Part shown: piece by piece, positions 56,579 to 64,000 of the stretch
How positions within the stretch are numbered: position 1 is the first letter of the stretch
Layout: each line of letters opens with the position of its first letter
Origin: an uncultured Planctomycetales bacterium
GTDB lineage: Bacteria; Planctomycetota; Planctomycetia; Pirellulales; S012-138
Assembly (NCBI GenBank): GCA_937927735.1
Contig: CALBRZ010000083.1
Coordinates: forward strand, 544 to 64,543
Direction of reading: 5' to 3'
Length of the DNA stretch: 64,000 nt
Made by a program: the position numbers and the translations under genes
Notes under the pieces: generated by a model
The model's database searches: none
Told to the model about the DNA's origin: nothing
The model's input: only the letters and a program-made list of their open reading frames with translations

Positions 56579-59500
56579 ATGCCTGCTACAGAACAAACTT
56601 GGCGCGACATCAAGAAAGTCCACCTGTTCTTTGGAATTTCCTCCGTGGCCATGCTGGCCGCCACGGTGTGGATGATCGCTGACGACCATAACCGCGAGTG
56701 GAAGACCTACCAGGAGCAGTATTACGGCCAGTTGGAAGTCTGGACGCTCCAGTCGCGGATCTACGAACAACTGGCGGGTGATTACGTCACCGGTGAGGAA
56801 GTGCGCGAACACGTCGTGCGCGAGGTGAGCGCGCAGCCGCCCGAGCCCGCTTTCGGCAAGCTGTTCATGCTGTACGTGGCGCAGCGCGCGCAACCTCGCG
56901 ATGGCGAAGCCGTGGAACTGGTCAGCTTCAAGGCGAACGCCGATGCGCGGGGCAAGCTGCCCGAGGCGGGCGCCGCCGAGGAACGTTTTTACCAGGTGAA
57001 CGAAGCGGCCCTGGCCGCGGCGGCCCTGTACGACCAGTTGGCTCAGCTTTCGGTCAGTTTGCAGATCGATCGGGCGACCCTCGAACGCGTTACGGATCCG
57101 CAGCGCAAGAAGGTGTTGCAGGGTCAGATCCAGGCCGCCGAAAAGCGGCTGGAAATCGTCAACCAGCAGGTGACCGAGCAGCTGGCTTCACTGCGGCCGC
57201 AGATCGATCAGACACTCACCCACTACTGGAAGAACGTCCCCGGCGACACACAGCAGTTGCTCGCCGCGATTGATTCGTCGCTGAATGCCGCGGTGGAAGC
57301 GCCATCGCCCGAACGCCGAGCGCAGTTCGTGCGCGAGCTTGAGGCCGTGATCAAACAGGCCTTGTTTCGCGAAGAGGTGCTGCAGCGCGATCTGAAGTTC
57401 CGCCGGGCTGACCTGGACGAGGCCCGCAGCGCATTCAACCTGGCCTTCGGCAACGACGCCCCGGCCGCCGAGTTGCGTGAGTTGCAGGCCAACGTCGACG
57501 CCATCAGCGCCGAGGTCAACGATCTGAACAGCCGGTACGAGTCGGCCAAAACCTATCGCGAACGGCTGGAACGTGCCCGCAACGCGGTCAACGCGCCGGT
57601 GGGCTATGCGGAGCAGAACCTCGAGCGGTATCGCATGGACATGAACCGGCTGGAGGAGCAGTTGGCCAAGAGCCGGCCCAATGTCGGCAAGAAGCTGCTC
57701 AACATGCCGATTCTGGACGCCTTCAGCAAGGAAGGCGACATCAAGGTGCGGCAGATCTGGCTGCCGGATCTGACGATCGACTTCAACTTCCAGGACGTGG
57801 CCCGGTTCGACCGCTGCATGACCTGCCACGTGGGCATCGAGAAGACGGCGCCCGGCTCGGCTGTTGCCGCCGGTTATCCGCATGAGCACGTGCTGGATGG
57901 CGTGCAGCTCAAGACGCCGGCCGAACCGCCAACCTTGGACAGCGGGCAAGAAGGCGATGAAACGGCCGATGCCACGATCATCATTCCCAGCGAGCTGTCC
58001 AACGAGCAACAGAATCGCCTGTTGCTCCAGGCGTACGGCTTCCGATTGGCCGATCGCGGCGTGTTCAATGCCAACGATGCGACCATCGAGTTTGTGATGG
58101 ATCGCAGCTTTGCTGCCGACGCGCTGTTGCAACGCGGCGACGTGCTGGTGGCGATCGGCGGCAAGGACGTGTGGTCGCGTCAGGACGCCGTCGACCTGCT
58201 GCTGGGCGTGGTCAAGTGGGGCGAGCCACTGGAACTGAAGGTCCGCCGCGGCGTCCCGCATCCCTACAGCACGCACCCGCGGTTCGAGCTGTTCGGGGCT
58301 TCGACCAGTCCTCACCCGTTTGCCACGGTAGGCTGCACAATTTGCCACGATGGCCAGGGTAGCGCCACGGCGTTCAAGTGGGCCTCGCACTCGCCCAACT
58401 CGGTCGAACAGCTCCAGCAATGGACCAAGAAGTACGGCTGGTTCTACAACCACCACTGGATCTTTCCGATGATGCCCAAGCGGTTCTCGGAAAGCCTATG
58501 CCTCAAGTGCCATCACGACGTGGTGGAGTTGTTGCCCAGCGAGCGGTTCCCCGAGCCGCCGGCACCCAAGCTGATGCAGGGCTACAACCTGGTTCGCGAG
58601 TACGGCTGCTTCGGCTGCCACGAGATCAAGGGCTATGACAGCCCCACGCGGAGCATCGGTCCCGACATGCGGCTGGAGCCTGGCTACACACCCGCGGCTC
58701 TGGCCCTGTATGCCGATCCGGAACTCTATCGCAATGAAACCTACCGTCGCGATCATCCCGAGAGCTACGAGCAGCGCCTCCAGCAACTGTTCGGTCCCGG
58801 CGTGACCGTGGGCCAGGACGGCAAGCCGGTGTACAAGCCGGACGCGGTTCCGCAAGGCTTCTCGGCTGAGGAAGCCAACGCGGGCTTGGCGAAGTTCACC
58901 CAGAATCTGCAAGATCTGGCCGGACGCGTGGTGCGCGATCCATCGAACGATACCGCACGGCGCCGGCTGGTGCAGCTTCTGAAAGAGGACGAAGCCCGGG
59001 CCAAGAACGCCATTTCGCCCGAGCCGGCTTACCTCAGCAGCCAGCATCATCGCCTGGCGTTGGTGTTGGCCGACGTTGAGGTGCCCGGCAAGATGCGCCC
59101 GGTCGGCCCGAGCCTCCGCTATGTCTCCAGCAAGCTCTCCAAGGAGTTTGTCTACAACTGGATTCGCAATCCGCGCGAGTACCAGCCCAAGACGCGGATG
59201 CCGCGGTTTTTCGGTCTGTATGACCACCTGCTCTCCGAAGAGAAGGAAGAGGGCGAGGCCTACGGCGAAACGCTCCAGGAGCCGTACCACACCGAGAAGC
59301 TGGAGCAGATCGAGATTCGGGCGATCACCGAGTATCTGCTGACCTCCAGCCAGCCGTTCATCCATGCGACTAAGCCGGCCGAGGTGACCGAGGCTCCGGA
59401 TGCGGAACGCGGCAAGAACTTCTTTGCCGATCGCGGCTGCCTGGCCTGCCACCAGCACAGCGAGTTTCCGGATCAAGAGCTGACGGCCGACCAGGGGCCG

Positions 59501-61570
59501 AACCTCTCGAACATCGGCAACAAGCTCCGGGCTGGCGGCGAGGAAGCGGCCGAGAAGGGCGCCCGCTGGCTGTATAGCTGGTTGAAGAACCCGGCGCACT
59601 ACTCGCACCGGACCAAGATGCCCAACATGCTGTTGGAGCCGGTAAAGGAAGCCGACGGCAAGGTGGTCGATCCGGCGGCCGACATCGCGCTGTTTTTGAT
59701 GAACTCGACCAACGCCTGGGAGCCGGCGCCGCTGCCGCAGATCGACCAGGATGCGCTGTACAACCTGGCCCTGGGGCACCTCCAGGGCGTTTTCACCCGG
59801 CAGCAGGCCGAGCAGTATCTCCAGACCGGCATTCCGCTGAACCTGGCCAACGAGATCAAGGGCGATGAAGCCGAACTGCTTGGCACGTTCAAAGACGAAA
59901 CTGACCGCGTGAATCGGTTGCTGCGGTTCGTCGGTGCCCGGTCCGTACGCAAGTACGGCTGCTTCGGCTGCCACGACATCCCCGGCATGGAAACGGCCAA
60001 GCCGATCGGTACCGGCCTGGCCGACTGGGGACGCAAGGAGCCTTCGAAGATCGCCTTCAACCAGATCGGTCAGTACATCAAGCACTCCGATCCCGACGTG
60101 GTGATCACCGGCCCGGATGGCCAGCCGCAATTGGACCTGGAAGGTTTAAAGGATAAGGACAAGGCGTTCTTCATCCACGCCCTGCTCTCGCATCATCGCG
60201 AAGGGTTCTTGTGGCAGAAGCTGCGCGCTCCGCGGAGCTTCGACTACGAGATGACGCAGAACATGCGTTACGACGAACGGCTGCGGATGCCGCAGTTCCC
60301 GTTCACTGAAGAAGAACGCGAAGCGGTGATGACCTTCATCCTGGGGTTGGTTGCCGAGCCGCCGGCCGACCAGTTCGTGTACTCGCCTGATCCGCGGCAG
60401 AAGGCCATCAACGAAGGCCGCAAGGTGCTGGAGCAGTACAACTGCGGTGGCTGCCATACCCTGGAGATGCCCAAGTTTACGTTCACCTTCACGCCCGACT
60501 CGCTGCTGTACTCGCGGCAACCGCCGCCGGCACCGGACGATTACCTCGAGTTGTTCCAGCCGCACTTCACGCCCGAGCAGATCGAGCGATCGAAGCAGCT
60601 CGACAAGCGAGGGCTGGGGACGGCCACGATCACGGCCAAACGCAGCGTCGACCCGGCGCAAAAGGGCGTGGCGTGGGAGTCGGAGGACGACGACGGCAAT
60701 ATCATCCACCTCTACACGCTGTGGGAGGATGCGCTGGTCAACGGCAACTACTGGCTCGCCGGGGATAAGACCTTCCCGATCTATCCCGAGTCGATGGTGC
60801 CGGGGCCGGGCATTCCCAGCCAGCCTGAGCTGGGCGGCATGTTCGCCAACTGGCTGTATCCGCGCGTGGTCAATCAGCGCAATCCCAAGGACCTTGATAG
60901 CGCCTGGGGGTACGTGCCGCCGCCGCTGGTGGGCGAGGGCAACAAGGTGCAGCCGGGCTGGCTGTACGACTTCCTGCGGGAGCCGTACGTGATTCGTCCG
61001 GCGGTGGTGCTGCGGATGCCCAAGTTCAACCTGTCGCCGCAGGAGGTCGAGGCCCTGGTGAACTACTTCGCGGCCAAGGACAACGCGACGTATCCGTACG
61101 AGTACTACGATCGCCGCAATCCGCTGGAGCTCTCGGCCAAGGAACTGGCGTACGCCGACCGGCTGAGCGACGCCCTCAAGATCGTCACCAACCGCAACTA
61201 CTGCGTGGCTTGCCACAGCGTGGGCGACTTTACGCCCGAGGGCGGCGTCGATGCCCTGGCGCCCAACCTCGACCAGGTGCACAATCGTCTGCGGCCTGAC
61301 TACCTGCACAAGTGGATCGCCAATCCCAAGCACATCTTGCCCTACACGGCCATGTTCGCCGTGATCAAACCCAATGAGCCGATCCGGCCGGACAAGTTCC
61401 AGGGCGAGGTGGGCAAGCTGATCCAGGAAGGCACCAGCACGGAGCAGGTCGATGCCGTGGTGGATCTGCTCTTGAACTACGACCAGTACATGATGAGGCA
61501 GGTGCCGATCAAACCCATGATTCAGGGATCGCCGCCTGCCAATCTGGCACCAGCAGAAGACGACGAGTAA
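56579..61570 (+). CDS. giant membrane-anchored octaheme c-type cytochrome (1663 aa)
   Basis: GGAGAGGG precedes the ATG at 56579. N-terminal TM helix VHLFFGISSVAMLAATVWMI. Eight in-frame CxxCH motifs: 57815-57829 CMTCH, 58334-58348 CTICH, 58499-58513 CLKCH, 58607-58621 CFGCH, 59438-59452 CLACH, 59960-59974 CFGCH, 60443-60457 CGGCH, 61202-61216 CVACH. Confidence 0.9.
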   Translation: MPATEQTWRDIKKVHLFFGISSVAMLAATVWMIADDHNREWKTYQEQYYGQLEVWTLQSRIYEQLAGDYVTGEEVREHVVREVSAQPPEPAFGKLFMLYVAQRAQPRDGEAVELVSFKANADARGKLPEAGAAEERFYQVNEAALAAAALYDQLAQLSVSLQIDRATLERVTDPQRKKVLQGQIQAAEKRLEIVNQQVTEQLASLRPQIDQTLTHYWKNVPGDTQQLLAAIDSSLNAAVEAPSPERRAQFVRELEAVIKQALFREEVLQRDLKFRRADLDEARSAFNLAFGNDAPAAELRELQANVDAISAEVNDLNSRYESAKTYRERLERARNAVNAPVGYAEQNLERYRMDMNRLEEQLAKSRPNVGKKLLNMPILDAFSKEGDIKVRQIWLPDLTIDFNFQDVARFDRCMTCHVGIEKTAPGSAVAAGYPHEHVLDGVQLKTPAEPPTLDSGQEGDETADATIIIPSELSNEQQNRLLLQAYGFRLADRGVFNANDATIEFVMDRSFAADALLQRGDVLVAIGGKDVWSRQDAVDLLLGVVKWGEPLELKVRRGVPHPYSTHPRFELFGASTSPHPFATVGCTICHDGQGSATAFKWASHSPNSVEQLQQWTKKYGWFYNHHWIFPMMPKRFSESLCLKCHHDVVELLPSERFPEPPAPKLMQGYNLVREYGCFGCHEIKGYDSPTRSIGPDMRLEPGYTPAALALYADPELYRNETYRRDHPESYEQRLQQLFGPGVTVGQDGKPVYKPDAVPQGFSAEEANAGLAKFTQNLQDLAGRVVRDPSNDTARRRLVQLLKEDEARAKNAISPEPAYLSSQHHRLALVLADVEVPGKMRPVGPSLRYVSSKLSKEFVYNWIRNPREYQPKTRMPRFFGLYDHLLSEEKEEGEAYGETLQEPYHTEKLEQIEIRAITEYLLTSSQPFIHATKPAEVTEAPDAERGKNFFADRGCLACHQHSEFPDQELTADQGPNLSNIGNKLRAGGEEAAEKGARWLYSWLKNPAHYSHRTKMPNMLLEPVKEADGKVVDPAADIALFLMNSTNAWEPAPLPQIDQDALYNLALGHLQGVFTRQQAEQYLQTGIPLNLANEIKGDEAELLGTFKDETDRVNRLLRFVGARSVRKYGCFGCHDIPGMETAKPIGTGLADWGRKEPSKIAFNQIGQYIKHSDPDVVITGPDGQPQLDLEGLKDKDKAFFIHALLSHHREGFLWQKLRAPRSFDYEMTQNMRYDERLRMPQFPFTEEEREAVMTFILGLVAEPPADQFVYSPDPRQKAINEGRKVLEQYNCGGCHTLEMPKFTFTFTPDSLLYSRQPPPAPDDYLELFQPHFTPEQIERSKQLDKRGLGTATITAKRSVDPAQKGVAWESEDDDGNIIHLYTLWEDALVNGNYWLAGDKTFPIYPESMVPGPGIPSQPELGGMFANWLYPRVVNQRNPKDLDSAWGYVPPPLVGEGNKVQPGWLYDFLREPYVIRPAVVLRMPKFNLSPQEVEALVNYFAAKDNATYPYEYYDRRNPLELSAKELAYADRLSDALKIVTNRNYCVACHSVGDFTPEGGVDALAPNLDQVHNRLRPDYLHKWIANPKHILPYTAMFAVIKPNEPIRPDKFQGEVGKLIQEGTSTEQVDAVVDLLLNYDQYMMRQVPIKPMIQGSPPANLAPAEDDE

Positions 61571-61953
61571 TCGCCGATCGGCGCGCGCTCCGGATGGGGT
61601 AGCGCCCGGATAAGTGATTGGGGCTTTGGGGACGAGGGGTTCCAAACCTGTGACAAAATGCCGCAGGTTTGGGGCCCGGCGGTTCCGGTATCATGGAATG
61701 CGTCCTGACCTTGGGCACGTCAGGCACCCGAACCAACAAGACAGAGGGGGGCGCGAACCAGCGCTTCGGGGCTTATAATGTCCGGTTTGACCGCAAGGTG
61801 CGGTCGACGGTCCCCCCTAGCGGGCTGACTCCACTGGCCGGAGTGGCCGACGGGGGCGTGCCGAACTGGACTGGATTCGCCCAGGGAACAGGGGCGAGAG
61901 CCCTTTGGCAGGGCGCCGCGACGGCGTGCGGTGCCGCTGTTGGGAGAGAACGT

Positions 61954-62733
61954 ATGTTGCAGACGCGTTGGAGTTCGTTGTTCGCCTTGGCTGTCGCCCC
62001 GGCCATTGCCTGGCTGGGCTCGTCGCTGGCCGTGGCCGCTGAATGGGCCGATCTGACCGGCAAGTTTGTGTACGACGGCAAGCCGCCCGTGCCCAAGCCT
62101 GTCGAGATCACCAAGGATCAGGAGGCCTTCGGCAACCTCGGCCTGGTCGATGAATCGCTGCTGGTGTCCAAGGACGGCGGCATTGCCAACGTGGTCATTT
62201 ACGTCCGCACCCGCGATGTCGACATCCATCCCGACATCGAGAAGAACATCCCCAAGGAAGTGAAGTTCGACAACGTGGGCGGCCGCTTCGTGCCGCACAT
62301 CCTGCCGGTGTGGCTGGATAAGCAGAAGGTGATTCTGCACAACTCCGACCCCGTCCCTCACAACGCCAACGTGCAGCCGCTGGGCGACGAGGGCAAGAAT
62401 CCGCTGCTGCCCCCCAACACGGGCGTTGATCACAAGTTCAACCGCCAGCAACTGATTCCGGTGCCGGTGGCCTGCAATATCCACCCCTGGATGCGCGGCT
62501 TCATCCTGCCCCGCAACAACCCCTACACCGCCGTGACCGCCGAAGACGGCACCTTCACTTTGGAGAAGCTGCCGGCGGGCACCGAGTTGGAGTTCCAGGT
62601 GTGGCACGAGAAAGCCGGTTATCTGGATCCCAACGGTGAATGGGCCCGCGGCCGGTTCACCATGACCCTCAAGCCGGGCAAGAACGACCTGGGCACGATC
62701 CGCGTCGATCCGTCCGTGTTTGAGAAGAACTAA
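61954..62733 (+). CDS. secreted cupredoxin-like protein (amicyanin-type Cys-x2-His-x2-Met loop) with a C-terminal beta-sandwich
   Basis: Start re-called at MLQTRWSSLFALAVAPAIAWLGSSLAVAAE (signal peptide), with GGGAGAGAA upstream. Candidate type-1 Cu ligands: H in NSDPVPHNANV, then CNIHPWM. C-terminal TAEDGTFTLEKLPAGTELEFQVWHE. Confidence 0.75.
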   Translation: MLQTRWSSLFALAVAPAIAWLGSSLAVAAEWADLTGKFVYDGKPPVPKPVEITKDQEAFGNLGLVDESLLVSKDGGIANVVIYVRTRDVDIHPDIEKNIPKEVKFDNVGGRFVPHILPVWLDKQKVILHNSDPVPHNANVQPLGDEGKNPLLPPNTGVDHKFNRQQLIPVPVACNIHPWMRGFILPRNNPYTAVTAEDGTFTLEKLPAGTELEFQVWHEKAGYLDPNGEWARGRFTMTLKPGKNDLGTIRVDPSVFEKN

Positions 62734-62756
62734 GTACATGTTCGTGGATCATGAGC

Positions 62757-62784
62757 AGCCAGGCGGCCGGCTGGCCGCCTGGCT
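62757..62784 (+). terminator. perfect 12-bp hairpin between the two cupredoxin paralogs
   Basis: AGCCAGGCGGCC-ggct-GGCCGCCTGGCT, 24 nt after the stop. No T-run, so it could be a terminator, an attenuator or an RNA-stability element. Confidence 0.45.
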
Positions 62785-63020
62785 GACTCGAAACCACGCG
62801 TTGAATATGGAATCGGCCAGCGCCGGACCGGCAGTGCGCCCCGGGCCGTGCAAGGGCCGTAGCTACCCAACCTTGCCGAGACACTAGAGAGCCGACGATC
62901 GCAGCGCGCACTTTTCTTCCTCGCGTGTGCTGACACCTGGCGGGGCCTGCGATGACCGCTGCCGGGGACCACACTCGCCAGGAATCGTCTGTTGGACCCG
63001 AACCGTTGGAGGCGGTTGCC

Positions 63021-63917
63021 ATGCGATGCCCTAGCCTGATGCTTGTTACCTGTGCCGCGCTCCTGACGACGGCCGTGGGCTGTGGCGACTCGTCCAGCGA
63101 TCGAGGGCCCCGGGCCAAGCCCGAGGTGGTGCAGAACCTGCGGGCACGCAACCAGGCCGGCAGCGCCGCCGGCCAGTCTGGCGGCAGCAGCATGGACCAG
63201 GCTGACGGCTGGGGTACCATCCGCGGCCGCTTTGTCTACGGCGGTCAGCCTCCCGCCCGGCCACCGCTCTCGGTGACCAAGGACGTTCAGTTCTGCGGCC
63301 AGCACCGCGTGCTCGATGAGTCGCTGGTGGTCGGCCCCGATGGCGGCGTGAAGAACGTCGTCGTGTTCCTCCGCACCCGCGATCCCAAGGTTCACGAATC
63401 GTACGCCGAGAAGATCAAGCAGCCGGTGGTCTTCGACAACCGCGATTGCCGCTTTGAGCCGCACGTGCTGCTGGTCCATACCTCGCAACCGGTGGAGATC
63501 CTCAACTCCGATCCGGTTGGCCATAACACCAGCGTCCAGTTCCAACGCAACCCGTCATTCAGCCAGGGCGTGGCCTCGAACCAGCGGGTGGTGCAGAAGA
63601 TGGACGTGGCGGAGACCTTGCCGGCTCCGGCGGCCTGCAATGTCCATCCCTGGATGGGCGGCTGGATCGTGGTCAAAGACAACCCCTACATGGCCGTGAC
63701 CGACGAGAACGGCAACTTCGTGATCGAGAACGTTCCGGCCGGCGTGGAACTGGAGTTCCAGGTCTGGCATGAACGCGGCGCCGGGAACCAAGGTTCCGTC
63801 GATGGCACGGGTTCCGTCACCAATGTCGATCGCGGCCGGTTCAAGGTCACCGTTCCCAAGGACGGTGAAGTGGATCTTAAGGATATCACCCTGCCGCCGT
63901 CGTCGTTCCGTTCGTAG
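63021..63917 (+). CDS. cupredoxin-like lipoprotein, paralog of 61954-62733
   Basis: Start re-called at MRCPSLMLVTCAALLTTAVGC (lipobox), with GGAGG 8 nt upstream. Same ligand pattern: NSDPVGHNTSV and CNVHPWM. C-terminal TDENGNFVIENVPAGVELEFQVWHE. Confidence 0.75.
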   Translation: MRCPSLMLVTCAALLTTAVGCGDSSSDRGPRAKPEVVQNLRARNQAGSAAGQSGGSSMDQADGWGTIRGRFVYGGQPPARPPLSVTKDVQFCGQHRVLDESLVVGPDGGVKNVVVFLRTRDPKVHESYAEKIKQPVVFDNRDCRFEPHVLLVHTSQPVEILNSDPVGHNTSVQFQRNPSFSQGVASNQRVVQKMDVAETLPAPAACNVHPWMGGWIVVKDNPYMAVTDENGNFVIENVPAGVELEFQVWHERGAGNQGSVDGTGSVTNVDRGRFKVTVPKDGEVDLKDITLPPSSFRS

Positions 63918-64000
63918 ACCGTCGCGCGGGGAGCAGGGCAGGACAGGGCACGGCCGCCGGATCACCGCCGACCATTCTGCCGCTTCGTTTGCCATGGACG

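Noticed and set aside
53149-62739. Series of long minus-strand ORFs (53149-54234, 55373-56527, 57188-58456, 58496-60130, 60146-61645, 61720-62739) opposite the respiratory cluster
   Set aside because: All are antisense to genes with strong motif evidence (Rieske boxes, cyt b helices, in-frame CxxCH motifs). They have no motifs of their own.
1-64000. Search for CRISPR arrays, tRNA/rRNA genes, transposases, integrases, toxin-antitoxin pairs and prophage structural genes
   Set aside because: I could not find any regularly spaced direct repeats, tRNA T-arm (GGTTCGAATCC-like) motifs, rRNA signatures, or DDE/tyrosine-recombinase-like proteins on either strand.

Overview
High-GC, gene-dense chromosomal window that looks planctomycete (Pirellulales-like). 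The taxon call is an inference from a prepilin-like DUF1559 protein, a YTV-type repeat protein, a giant secretin and generally weak Shine-Dalgarno (SD) usage. About 45 CDS are supportable. I saw no rRNA, tRNA, CRISPR array, transposase or integrase. In this GC-rich DNA most long ORFs in the track are antisense or alternate-frame shadows of real genes, and many real genes start well inside the listed ORF; I re-called starts from signal peptides, conserved N-termini and SD boxes. Housekeeping content: SDR oxidoreductase, gnd, amidase, bioD, pdxJ, aldehyde dehydrogenase, purB, the rpsB-tsf-pyrH-frr operon, sodA, a PLP decarboxylase and an S46 peptidase. Accessory content: a c-di-GMP cluster (GGDEF / degenerate-REC HD-GYP / GGDEF), a DNase I-like lipoprotein, a DUF1990 protein, a histone H1-like protein, and a DUF1559 + lipoprotein + G8/beta-helix trio. 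Most interesting, in order: (1) 52.8-63.9 kb, a Rieske/split cytochrome b cluster extended by a 1663-aa membrane-anchored octaheme cytochrome c (coiled-coil plus PDZ-like segment) and two tandem amicyanin-like cupredoxins; (2) 32.5-34.8 kb, a compact SF2 helicase plus a DUF932-like partner with no mobile-element context; (3) 38.0-44.5 kb, an orphan ~1500-aa secretin with a downstream lipoprotein and a convergent, overlapping BON protein; (4) 9.48-9.74 kb, an orphan structured transcript carrying a 13-nt perfect SD, an anti-SD mimic, a 13-codon ORF and a clean terminator; (5) three copies of the 14-bp palindrome GTTTCACGTGAAAC in one intergenic region. All functional calls are by-eye motif recognition. 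No database or profile searches were run.
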